Below are positions 41,201-53,253 of a stretch of 64,000 nucleotides of DNA, in pieces. A model generated the notes under the pieces. The model was not told the DNA's origin. It saw only the letters and a list, made by a program, of their open reading frames with translations, and ran no database searches. Positions within the stretch are counted from its first letter, which is position 1; every line of letters starts with the position of its first letter. The stretch comes from Hyphochytrium catenoides (Eukaryota; Protista; Hyphochytriomycota): assembly GCA_900088475.1 (NCBI GenBank), contig FLMG01002416.1:5267-69266 (forward strand), given 5' to 3'. Both the position numbers and the translations under genes were made by a program.

Positions 41201-44080
41201 GACACACCCGACACCATCCCGCGCACCATCAGCATGGAGGCGAGGTCAATGCCCACCCACTTCCAGGAGAAACGCCACCCACTCCCGACACCTTGATATA
41301 TTACAGCATTAGAAACTTGGAGCGGAGGAAGAACTTTCGTCAAGAAAAAGTGAGGGGAAATGGAAAGAAGATCTTGAGTGGTTCTGTTGGTCCTAGGTTG
41401 GTCCTACTGTTCCCTAGAGTTTGGCTTTAGAGTTTAGAGAACTTTGCTGCAGGGGTGTACCTTCACCTTCTTGCATTGGCTGATAGGCGCAACAGCGAGA
41501 GCGCTGTAAAGGATTAAGAAGAGCAGCCTCAATTGGTCTGTAGAGTCAAGTGGAGAATACTACAGACAAGGTCCAAATAAAACGAGCTAAGTAAGGGCTG
41601 AAGGACACAACTATCTTTGGTGGATCCTTACAGCTTCTCTCCAAGATCATGAGTTACCTCTTTGGTCTCTCTTGCTCTTTTATTGGCCTTTTGGCCCCCT
41701 ATCATGGCTTTGTCAACACTCATCACCGCTCATTTGGTGTCGCTGTCAGTCCGACCGTAAACGTGGTTGAGTAGCAACTTGAACCAGCCCACATCCATCT
41801 ATCGGCTTTTTCTTTATAAGTTAAATCCTTATGAGGGTTCGCTCTTACGCCTTCCTGATCAAGATGTTGGCACAATCGCCAACTGGAACTATGGCCGAAC
41901 TGTGAGGGGTAACAAAGCAGAAATTTGGTGACCCCAAGAAGGTTCCATCAAGACGCCCAAAACCCAAGCTGTATAAAAGGAAAGCAGTCGTCTCCACAAA
42001 CACTCAGTCCAAAAGCCTTAAGAGAAACTTGTTGGCGAGCTACGAGTACTAGTACTGCAGACTTCTCAAGTGTGAAAGGAGCGCCAAATGCACTTACACT
42101 CTTTCCTGGATCTACACTAAATGTTCTACACTGTAGGCCTTGTAGCCGGAACAAACAGCAGCAAGAGGCACAGTGGTATTATTGTATTGGCAAGCCTTGC
42201 TGCTACACTTGACTGAGAAACAACAGAAACCGTCCTGTAGAGCCAGCGGGCAAGGTTGACTGAAAGTATGATGCAGCCCCTCTGGGCTCCCCAGTACGTA
42301 GTCATGAACTCTACCTGACTACTTCCCTTTCCCTCAACACGGCAAGGGGCCTTCTGTGCAAGCCTGTCTATGATAGACTTGTATCTCTTCGTACAGTGGA
42401 TGCTGCTTTGACCTCTCTTGAGGGCTTTATCCATGTAGAGCCGTTATTCTACCTTTCTCCTCAAAAAACATTAGGAGAGACGGAACTGGGGACAGACATA
42501 GAAGTGGAGGAGACTTTACCTAATTTCCTGAGAATAATCCTCATTTATTTTGCTCCCAGCCAGGAAACGACGTTGCCTTGCACTCAAGGTTTATTAGACG
42601 GGGAAGCGGCAGACCTCAGAAATAAGCACCGAAACAGGTAGAGCCATCCGCCTCATCAGCATCCTACAGACAGAAGTACACTTACTTCCGGCTCTCTGGA
42701 TCTTTATGGTGCCTAGGAGCTGAGGGTGGACATCAGAACTGGCTGCACGGAGACAAGACCCATAATTGTCGTCTATGCTGATAATAATGGTGGCATTATG
42801 ATTTACTCATGGCTACCTATTGAGGACTAGGAGGCAAGTAGCCATCAAATGTCGCCGGCGGCATCGCTTCGCAGTCTTCTGAAAACACCGAAGCAGATAG
42901 ATGGACTTCCAGCTTGAGTTCCAATGACGGGGAGGACGAAGAACACTCTTCTCTCCCTAAAAGATAGCATATTCCTATAGTTCTATGCTACGAACTGATG
43001 AGCAAAGAAATTTTAGAGGAATAGATACAGCAGAGGTACTGATGAGACAAGCAAAAGGGATGGAACGAGGGGTTTTTCCACGGACATCTGTCCTCATAGG
43101 TTGTAGAACTACTTCTATGAATCCACCCCTCAAAAAAGCATACATCAAGATACAAGCTCCACGCAAGAAGGGAAGGTAAATAAAAGTGTGTGTTGCCTCC
43201 TCTGCGCTGTTGCCCACAGTGTACAGTTCACTTGTGCGTCGTCGTAGCCAGATAAACAGCATTTGTTGGGCCTCTTCTGTCAACCGCGCAGCAACACGCA
43301 CTGATAAAACTCGCCAGTTCAAGCGAGCCCTAATGCTGTGTGGCCGTCCTCTCCTGACAGAAGTAGGGTAGACAGTCTGAGTGAGGTAGACAGACAGAGG
43401 AAGCGTCAAGCACCTACTCCTCGCACAGTGGCGCTGTGGGAGCTGGAGGAAGAAGTATCCACATGGTCATTCCACCCCACACTTCCCCTCACCACCTTCT
43501 CTGCTCTCTTTCGCTGTCTTCGAGGGGCAACATGCAGGGTGACCTCAACTCTTAGTCAGTGTGTGGTACAGATAAATTGGCTATTGCAAAGCTCTGTAGA
43601 GATGCTTTCCCTGTTCAGATCAGGAAACGAGCAGCCTTGAGACAGGAGCCTCGTGTGCGTTGTAGTTGTTACAAGCCTCACGTTCGGTTCTCATCTTCTC
43701 TTTCTGTCAGAGATAATAATGAACGCCTACAAACGTTTCCTCGTCTGACCGTAGTGAGACATCTCAGTCCTCCCAGCCATGATAGTAAGACCAAAATAAC
43801 ATGCCTCAACAATAGAGTAAGCCTATAATGAACCCCGGCGGGCGAGGAGTAGTAATACTGAGGTGCGGCGTGCCTCCCCAGTTTAGGTGCATCATGCTGC
43901 CTCTCCCGTCCTATCTATCTTAACAGCGGGTAGGAGTTATTCCAGAGAGAGACAGAGGCAGAAGGACGAGAAAAGACTCCCGCCATCTCTGGTTCTTTCC
44001 TCTTGTTTTCCGCCTTCCAAGCCTCGCTTCCTGTTCTGACATCGATAGAACTACTGACCCTGCTGTCTCCTCTCTCAGAG

Positions 44081-44115
<35 letters not shown>

Positions 44116-44331
44116 CTTTCACTCCCACCTGTCTTGTCGCTTGAGTTCCACGACTCTCATCTCCTTTCTCCGTAGTTCTACCAGCTAGCAATGAGGCAGC
44201 CCCAACGAGCAACACACATGGTTCAACCTGGTATGGTCTCCCAAGTACCCGCCCAAGTCTCGCTAGTCTTCATTTTTCACGCCAGCAAGCAGACCAACGT
44301 GTAAGTCTCAACGTTGAGTTCTCGAGTCAAC

Positions 44332-44892
44332 ATGCCGATCGCACTCTCCCAACCTCAAGCGCTTTCCTGCTGGACCGATAACACTACCGGAGCCCTCCGA
44401 AGGTGTTCTGACGACGCCACCCAGACTTCTCTCTTTGTGGAGAAGCCGAAATCTCAGGGAGCAGATCTGGAAAGCGTCTTCCTTCAACTAAGAGACGGGC
44501 TGAATCGCCGCTATGGCTTCAAGAAGACCTATATTGGTTCTCAAATTATGAGCTCTCTGAGAGACTTGGGCCTGGTCCACAGTCGACCGATGGCAGCACA
44601 AACGCTAAAGCAGTTCGTAACCAACGGGTTGATCAAGCAGATTGATGGCAGCAGCTCCTCTCAGGGCTCTTCTTGCGGCTTCTACATTCTTACTGAGGCT
44701 TCTGAATCGGAGAACCTCAACAATAATGAGGTCTTTATGGATCGACGAAGCCGGACATCCCAGTGTAATAACTGTAATAAGAAGTACTTGGTAATGCTCT
44801 CACCGCACCAAGGCTTCTGCGGCGTCGACTGTCGGACGAACGCTGCTATCAGAAAGGCTGATGCACAACGGTTCCAGTCTATCTACGGCTGA
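44332..44892 (+). CDS. DEP-like winged-helix domain plus C-terminal FCS/FLZ-type zinc finger
   Basis: RRYGFKKTYIGSQIMSSLRDLGLVHSRPMAAQTLKQFVTNGLIKQI...FYIL resembles DEP. CNNC...FCGVDCR resembles an FCS-type finger. Confidence 0.65.
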   Translation: MPIALSQPQALSCWTDNTTGALRRCSDDATQTSLFVEKPKSQGADLESVFLQLRDGLNRRYGFKKTYIGSQIMSSLRDLGLVHSRPMAAQTLKQFVTNGLIKQIDGSSSSQGSSCGFYILTEASESENLNNNEVFMDRRSRTSQCNNCNKKYLVMLSPHQGFCGVDCRTNAAIRKADAQRFQSIYG

Positions 44893-45313
44893 GCAGGCAA
44901 TTCGAATCTTCCCTCGAGGCACCGCAACCAACTCGCTACATTTACGACTCTTGTTCCTCTCTCCCCGGACTCCACCCATAGATGGGAGTTGGGGTGGCAG
45001 TGAGTATTTATTATTCATTTCCAAAAGCAGGGAGAAGTGCTCTCCCCATAATTTATTCATCGTTGTTTGTCTTGGAAGAGGCAGCTGCCCCCTGTTCCGC
45101 TCGGTGGCCGACTGCCAGAGATGTTCTATCCTACTGCCCGCGTTGTCGCTAATGAGGTTGTTCCCGGCCTTTTTTTTAAAAAAGTTCTTTTAGCATGTAC
45201 TCTACAAACAGTCCGCTATTAAAGTAATGTATCATTGCTCATTCTGCCTTCTCAGCCGACGGCCATGATGAGGTCCATTTGAAGGATAGTAGAGTTCTAC
45301 AACGACATTTGAA

Positions 45314-46162
45314 TCACTTATCACCGCATAAGTTAATGACTCCCACAGATAACGGATATGCTACCAGCGGACTGTCGACAGGGAGCAAGAAAGTATGATC
45401 CTGGGTTTCACGTTCCTCGCTGAATACGAACTGGTAGGCTGATAAGTGTTGGAAGAATGTCTTGGTGCTAAAATCTACGATTGCTTTGATAGTCTCGAGG
45501 CTATTAAACACCTTGAAGTTGTGGGGAGGCTCTTCCACGCTGTGTAAGAGAATACAAGACCGAAAAATGTTGTAGACCTCCTCAACTGACATAAGTTGCT
45601 GTCCTTCCTTAGCCTTCTCTGATACTGAATCCTGACGTGGAAGGTACCAGCAAGAGTTAGGCAACGTTAAGATTGACGCCGATTGTGGTTCCTACCTCCT
45701 CTGCTGCATCCACTCGCCAGCGCGTAGCCTTCTCCAGTAGGTTTGTCATGATGGAAAAGAATGCCGAAGTCTCCTCCTCCGTCAGCTTTAGATCATGCGC
45801 AAAGCATAGATTTTGGAGGCTGAAGTCTACGTAAATTTTGCTTCTCTCAGATCTATTATAGTGCTCGACTTTCAAAAGTTTGCAAAGGAGGGCGATTGTG
45901 TCCTTGGGCTGCACTAGTGAGGACTTAAGAAGTATCACATCCTCCTATGTGGCATTGTTAGTCTTTCCTTGTACCAGAGAATAATGGCGTCCATTGCATT
46001 GCTTCTCACCTTTGACAGGTCTTGCCACACGAACCCTTGCCGCTTAACGTTCTGGCTATTCTCAAGAGAAGAAGAAGGCATTGGGGCTATTGACAGTGGC
46101 ATGAGTGTAGCTGCTGCCGGGGCCCCTGTGTGAGCGCCAGCTTTCGCGGCACTGTCAGGCAT
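45314..46162 (-). CDS. CFAP119: Flagellar central-pair C1a protein, CLAMP family (CFAP119/CABCOCO1-like), 3 exons
   Basis: FVWQDLS; IYVDFSLQNLCFAHDLKLTEEETSAFFSIM; FRSCILLHSVEEPPHNFKVF...IVDFSTKTFFQHLSAYQFVF. Confidence 0.75.
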
Positions 46163-47219
46163 AGTATCCGCTTTGTGGTAACCTGGTCCTGGCTCCTAGC
46201 AGTGTTACCAGACTTTATCTGCCTATGTAGGCGATCCTTTGGCTTATAGACCCTATGAGTTAGAGGACCATGGACCTCAATGATGAAGAAACTTCGTCTG
46301 CACTGGAGGACTGATCTCCGTTGGATCAACCTGTGGCAGGAGGAGGAGGAGGATGGAGGCTGACGGACAAGGACTAGGAGAAGGAGGAGGAGGAACAGCC
46401 GAGGAATACCGCGCCGTTACAGTGTAACAACAAAAGCCTCCCAGATCTCCCCCGGTAGTCATGAGGAACGGAAGTGGTCTGTACAAGTATCCTTAAGTAG
46501 AATATTCTAAGTCCACAGTTCCAGAAAGTCCGCACCTTGGCAATGAGCTTCCCCCATGCCCGATGTTGAGATTCTAGAGGCCGGCCCATCGATCCGCCAC
46601 ATCCTTAGAAGCAGATGGGTTGTTATCGCTAACCTCACTACAGGCCTGAAAGACTGGAAGAGGGATTGAAGCTTCACATTATTAGGAGGTCTCAATGCAG
46701 ACCGGCATTGCAAGCAAGCTGCTAGCATTCTGTCTAGACATGGAGCCTTACTCTATTAGGACCGATGTCTCATAGACGGAGTCCTAGATGCGGCAAATCA
46801 CGTCGGATGTACTCATGGTATGAATAGCTTCCTTCGCCGAGATGGTATACCACATTACTAGCTTGTGAGGGTGGTAGGCCATGAATCTTTACCTTTTGGA
46901 AGGCACAGGCCATCAACTCATAGGACAGTGGGCCGGGTACGCAGTCTGCCTTTGAGCAAAACAGCACACGCATGATGAGAACAATGGACTAGTCATGGGC
47001 TGCATGCAGCGACGCTAGAGGCCGTTGCCGTGCTTTGGTGGTATCTAATCTTTCTCGAGAATAGCTAATAGGCTGACACCAAGGAGGCAAATGGAAAATG
47101 TTACATCAGATAAAACAGTTATTCTTCTCTCACTGACAGAGGTATATTTGGAACTATGAACAGGGAGGCAAGCGATGCCATTCTCCACACTTAACCGTCT
47201 TCACTATTCCCGTCTCGCG

Positions 47220-50200
47220 CTACGCTGGTCCCACTGCCAAGTGGGGCCCTGTAAACGAAGGAACGGTCTTCTTGATTNNNNNNNNNNNNNNNNNNNNNNN
47301 NNNNNNNTTCAGGAACATTGAAATGTTCTCCATCTGCTTAAAGGGCATTCTTGACTGGTGGATACTGCAGAAGTTGAGATCGAGTCGATGTCAGACACTG
47401 ACGAATCCAGATGGAATGCAGACTCTACTAGTAGGCAAGAAGGCTAACCAGTTCGAGCTCTTAAGCAATAATTACGGGAAAGGATGAGAAGGAAGAAATT
47501 CATGCTTTCGTACTTGCTTATTGTCCCTGGCTGAATCTTGTTCAGCAGCTTACACAGAAGGACCCCATCTGCCAGGCTATCACCAAATGAAGCCGGAAAG
47601 CGCTCTTCAGTGACCTCCTCTATCCACTTCTGGACCTGCGCCTCTAAGTCGAAGTCATATCTCGCCAGTGCCTTGTTGAAAAAGAACGGTGAGAGTGCAT
47701 CTTCCTAACTTTGAGGAGCTGGAAGGCAGAGTCGGAATGTACCGCAACCACTAAAAGACAAGCCCGACGAACACCTTTATGCACCCGAGGTCACCATGAA
47801 GTACCTTCTGCGCTAGCTCCGCGTCAAGGCCAAAGCCCCCGCCTCTAGCTTTGATAGGGCTCCCTTTCGTTTCTGAGGCTTGGGGCTCTCCACTCCAGCT
47901 ATTGACATGGCTGGGAGGTGTCACCACTGTCTGACCGTGATCATTTTGGGGTCGGCCAGGAGATTCAGCGCTTAGTCCTCCAGGTCCTGGACTCTGGCGA
48001 TTAGTCCCTGCAGCAGGATTAGGACTTCCAAGCTTTCCCGCAGAGGCTTCGTAACGGAAGATCGGGCTATTGGTGTAGTCGATAACCGGCCGCTCCATCT
48101 TGTTATAGCTCCCTGAGCGCGGGAAACGTTAGATTTGACCACTGTGTCAACTTGTTCTATCGACTGACTCGCGTTTGGTCGTACAGCAGGCCACTGACAA
48201 GTCCAAGGTATTAGAGAATGGACGAATATGAGGGCGACAAGCAGGAGGAGATTGGCGATATCGAACCCGAGACCTATATCCTTACCTAAGTGATGCAGAG
48301 AGATATCCTTGTTAGGAGACCTTGAAGGGCCCGCGGCTGCGGCTCCGAAATGGACATCCGTAGACCGGTCAATTGGCAGCCGCTCCATCACTCCATGACT
48401 ACCTGCAGTTCACGGGCAACGGGGCGGGTTCAAGCGCAGAAAGCTCAGACGTTGAACAGAAAGGGATGGACTTAAGAAATGACTACTCGGGGCTCTGTCG
48501 GAGAATCTACTGGTAGATGATACTCCTTCGCCCAAAGGGTTAAGACTTACCCATGTTGAGTCGTGAAACTGCAGCGGCAGCTTCTCTCAGTTGCTTCTCA
48601 GTAAATTCTCTTCGATTCTTTTCCGTTTCCCTCACTCCTAAATGGGGACCCGGCCGGTCCGGGAGCTTTTTTTGGATGGTGCGCCCAAACGCATGCAAAC
48701 AGCGCACCACAATGGCTGTGCGAAAGTAAGGGAATCGTGGTCAGTAGAGGAGGCTGGTGTCATTGATGAAAATAAATAAGGGTTCAGCGGAAGAGAGGAT
48801 GAAGACTGGGAGGGATATGACACAGATTAATGGAAGACTCAGGTCGACTGAAGTTCGCCCAAGAGACAAGAGAAGGCAGCAATATATTTCGTAGCTGAGG
48901 TTTCGGAAGTGTTTCACCCTTGCTACATACTTAGGTCCTTCATCTCGAACAAGTCCACAGTTTCAAAGAGGTCATGTTCTGGCACCCCAAACTCTCTGCA
49001 AGCCTTCAAGAAAGCGGTGATGTTCTCCATCTGCTTGAAGGGCATCCAGGAGGACTCAATTCTGGTAGCACATAGGCCAGACAAGCAGAATAATTTGGCA
49101 GAAATTAGTTGTTAGAAGGCAGCAGAACAACAAAGATACCGGGAGGCTGATAAAGCGTCAACTACCACGGTGAATGAATGTGGTGACACATCATGAAAGA
49201 GAGCGAGACAGAGAGCGAGAGAGATGAGAGAGACAGAGAGGGAAGGAGAAAGAGAGAGAGAGAGAGAGATTGAAGAGAGAGGGAAAAAGAGAAAGAGAGA
49301 GAGTGCGAGAGAGAGCGAAAGAGGATTTAGGGAGAGTCATGGAAAAAGAGGTGCTTCCACCTGGTGATGGTGCCTGGCTGGATTGCGTTGAATAGCCGGC
49401 ACAGGACAACTCCGCTTTTCAGGTACTCCCCAAACGGAGCAGTGAACTTCTCGCCCAATATATCCTCGATCCAGCACTGCGCCTCCTCCTGCATAATGAG
49501 CTTATCCTCAAGATTGACGCTTTCTCCGGAGCCGCGACGAGATGAACTCTCTTCCTTCCCCTCTGTGTCTTTTGGGGCCTCAGCCGGAGGAGTGGAAATA
49601 GAAGAGACAGAGCCATTGGGAGAGTTTCGGCCGCTTGGATTGAGTGAAGGCCGCTTCGTGCTCTGTAGCTGCGGACCTTTATAATCTGGCAGATTCTTCT
49701 GCACAGCTCTGCCAAGTGCGTGCAGACAAGTGACAACAATGCCTGTCATACAAGAGTATAAAGTTGAAAGCGGGCCGACGTGATGATCAGGAATCCATTG
49801 AGTGAGTAACTTTTATAGAAAGTTGATAGAGAGGTTGCACAACTAAGTGGGGATAAAGATTTGAGCAGGAAACACTAGACTTCTGGCCTAGGGAATGCTG
49901 CGTAAAAAGGCCATTGGTGCACAGGTACATTGAGTACATTTCCCCACGAAGCTCGCTTGTTATTTGTGAAGGAAACCGACGTTGAAGACACAAAAGCATA
50001 TTCAAGATCCAGAGCAGATGCCGACGAAGTAGCTAAACCAACCTATGTCCTTCTTCTCGTAAAGATCTACGGTCTCAAATAGCTCGAACTCTGCCACGCC
50101 AAGTTGCCTGCAAGCCCTAATGAACGCCGACACGTTCTCCATCTGTTTGAAAGGCATTGAGGATTCTGAGGGACGAGGGACCAGACCTGGCTGAATCCTG

Positions 50201-50680
50201 TCGACCTGTTTGGCAGATCACGGAATCAAGGTTGTCAGGTGTCAAAAGGAAGTAGCAAATCACCAACCAATAGCCGAGGATATGCCACGCGATTCCGAAT
50301 AAAAGCTAATCATAGAAACCACTAAAGGCTGCTAGACGATGTCACTTAAAGGACAGAGGGAGCACGTGACACAATGGAGCACATGCCAGGAAAGCAGAGT
50401 CGATGAGAAGAAGGGTACTGCTTACAAATTTGCAGAGGACGTAGCCACTCTTGAGACTGTCCGCGAAGTTCGTGGGAAGCTATGGTGGTGGGCAATCGAA
50501 ATCGATGGTATTAGGATCAAAGAAGGAGCAGCTGGTTTGAGCAGGACTCAGTGGGGCGACTTGACGATTCTAGGCAAGAAACCCTACAACGAAAGACTCC
50601 TAGAAGGTGGGACTTACTTTCTCTCCTAACACTGCCTCAATCCATTCCTGGGCTTGAGCTTCAGCGGTCGGGTCGTACTT
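47220..50680 (-). CDS. Calponin/transgelin/myophilin-like protein with three tandem CH domains; start probably in gap 50681-50781
   Basis: Three repeats of (KYD)..EAQxWIExxxxExF..FxxxLxxGxxLC.L.NxIQPG....MPFKQMEN[VI]xxF...LFETVDL[YF]E.KD..VV.CLHA.GR...GP.L. Ends TVPSFTGPHLAVGPA*. Confidence 0.88.
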
Positions 50681-51773
50681 NNNNNNNNNNNNNNNNNNNN
50701 NNNNNNNNNNNNNNNNNNNNNNNNNNNNNNNNNNNNNNNNNNNNNNNNNNNNNNNNNNNNNNNNNNNNNNNNNNNNNNNNNGCTCCAACAATCGTTCTTG
50801 GAGAAGAATCTCAAACGCTAAGTCCAAGTGAGGGCCACAGCTCAAGGTTCTCTTCCAGATCACCTATTCCTATTCCCGCTCTGCTAACTTCACGTGATCC
50901 CTTGACAACGTTAGTACTGGCAACTCGTCTCCCTTCTCTGCTGGGGCATGCAGGTCGTGCGTCGTGACCTCTGCCCAAGGTAACAGTCGTCAACACTTCC
51001 CTGCTTCTCTTTGTTCCATCCTGTGCACTTTCCTCTCCCTACATCTCCCCGTTCCCACGCTTTGCACGTGTCCTCCCTTCCTCTGTGTAAGGGTTAGAAG
51101 ACCTCTTCCCACTCTTCTGGGCTCACTTTCCTGATCCTCACAGGCTCACTTCGCGGCTTGGCCGAGCAGTTCTAGAGATGAAGACCAGAGTCCGGCCGTC
51201 ATCAGAACCGCTACCTCTAGTAATACGCGGGATGCCGATTCACTTGAACTTCATCAAGCACAGAGTTATTACCTCAGAGCGGCGCTTCTGGCCGTAGTAA
51301 TACCTACATCTCTAGGAGGAAGAGCAGGGACAGAAGCGGGCACCAGAAGCGACATTGAGGTGAATCATGCTCCTTTCTGATAACCGACGCCTGACATATA
51401 TGATTATCGCAACAGCTGGTAGTTTCCTTATTGCAATTAGATCATTGAGGAATCCCCTCATCGATAACTAGAGTGAGCTGTTTCACATCATGAAGAAGGT
51501 CAGGAGTCGAGAGGTCGATCATCATCAGCGTCCACATCGAGCTCTGGAGGGCAAGCAGCGAAGGCACAGCGGAGGCGCAGCGACCAGGGACTAGAGATCA
51601 GAGACCAGCCACCAGCCCTGGCCGCCCCTGTTTAGATTCGAGACAGAGATCTAGAGGCTGTCGACATCTTATGCTAGCTGGAACAATACAGCTATAACCC
51701 TCTCGCAGTTGGATGCTCCTACGCGGCGATAGTCCTGACCATAAGCTGGTGCACTCCTCACGTACAACTTGCA

Positions 51774-53109
51774 ATGGAGGAAGAGAAGGCAGCTAGAGCA
51801 GCTATTGATAAGCTGTGTGATGATGCCATCCGGTTGATAATTGAGGGCAAGTTGGAGCTCGCACTTCCGAAGGCGATTAAGGCCATGGAGGAGTCCATCC
51901 GTCTCCATGGAAAGAAAGCTCCTCAACTCCTGCCCATCTTTTTGCTGGTAGTTCCAACTATTGTCTTTGTGCTACTATGACGTGCTCTGACTGTCCTACA
52001 GCTTGCGGAAATAAATCTGAGGCTGGGAAACCAGCGTTATGCTGAGGATGTTCTTTCTCAAGCCAATTGGATAGCAATAAAGCGAGCAGAAAACTGTGGG
52101 CACTCCACGCGCTCACAGCTCCATCGCAAATTTGGCAAGCTATATATTGCTCAAGGAAAGTACGAAGAGGTAGGCAATGAGACCGCGCGAGTCTTATAAA
52201 GTCGCCTGCTTATCGCCAACCGCCTTCAGCTCCAGTATACTTGAGCTCTGCAGTTATCTATTTGTATGCTGGCCACTATCGGCGTTTCTTATTTTGGCAC
52301 CTGGATTGATGTCTGTTGCCCAAAGGCTCTGTCCAACCTAGCAACGGATGTATATAGCTCCTCCCTTGACGTGGGCCCAGAGCATGTGAGCACCGCCGAG
52401 GGCTACTACCTGCTGGGCAATGTGTTTTATGCCTTGAATGACATAGAAAGTGCCTTGGCTTTCTATGACAAAGTAAGTTTGAGGGCAGTCTGGTCCTCCT
52501 GGTCCCTCACCGCAGTGACAATACTCCTCCTGCTTAACAGGTGGTAGATATATGGTTCAGATATCTTGCGGATGCGAGGATGGGGAAGAGTGATTTACAA
52601 CCTTTGACGGAGATGCAGTGCTTTGAGGCGCTTAACATGATGACGAACGTCCTCAATGTCCGTAACACCACCTTGGGCGACGCACACATTGCCACTGGAG
52701 AGGCCCGATATACGTTGGTAGGAATATAAAAAGATATCTGTCAATGACATAAGGTCTAGCTGCCGTTAACTCTTACTCTGCCGCTGCCATCCGACGACAT
52801 TTGAACTTCGAAGGGTTTGCTGCAAATTCTCGTGGGTCAGCCGGGTTATAACACCATCTCTCTGGCGTTCCAAGTTTATATCCAAGTGCTGGTAAGGAGC
52901 TCATTAAAGTTTGATTTTGAGAGGTGCTGGTGGAGCCATCACTAGCGACCGCACAGAAAAACTTTGTCTTCACTAACCTTGCTTGGCAGGGCCCTGATCA
53001 CCCTTCAACTAAAGACGTAGAGGGCGTCCTCGTGCAACTGGAGAAAGATCTCAATCTCGCAGCGGGGCCACAAAGCGCCGGGCTTGTTGTGAGCCAAGCG
53101 GAGTCATGA
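51774..53109 (+). CDS. ZMYND12: ZMYND12-like TPR protein (axonemal inner-arm dynein associated), 6 exons
   Basis: EGKLELALPKA...LLPIFLLLAEINLRLG...LSQANW...RSQLHRKFGKLYIAQGKYEEALSNLATDVY...GPEHVSTAEGYYLLGNVF...ALAFYDKVVDIW matches the ZMYND12 TPR region. Confidence 0.8.
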
Positions 53110-53253
53110 CCACCAGCCGTCTTAGGCACTTAGCGAATATTATTGGCGCGAGAAAGGTGTGATACCGCAGTGACTCAGTCAAATGGCCGCTTTGTGCGAG
53201 CGGAAGTGATCCAAGCGATGGGGCCAGAATGTAGACTAGGCGATACTGGAGCT

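Noticed and set aside
38600-43900. Possible pseudogene relics, such as a weak SGS-like LNHVYGRTDSDTK near 41750-41800 (minus)
   Set aside because: Interrupted by stops and too weak to assign without a search.
46277-47000. Chain of short minus-strand ORFs between the CH gene and CFAP119
   Set aside because: No identifiable homology; may be UTR or decayed sequence.
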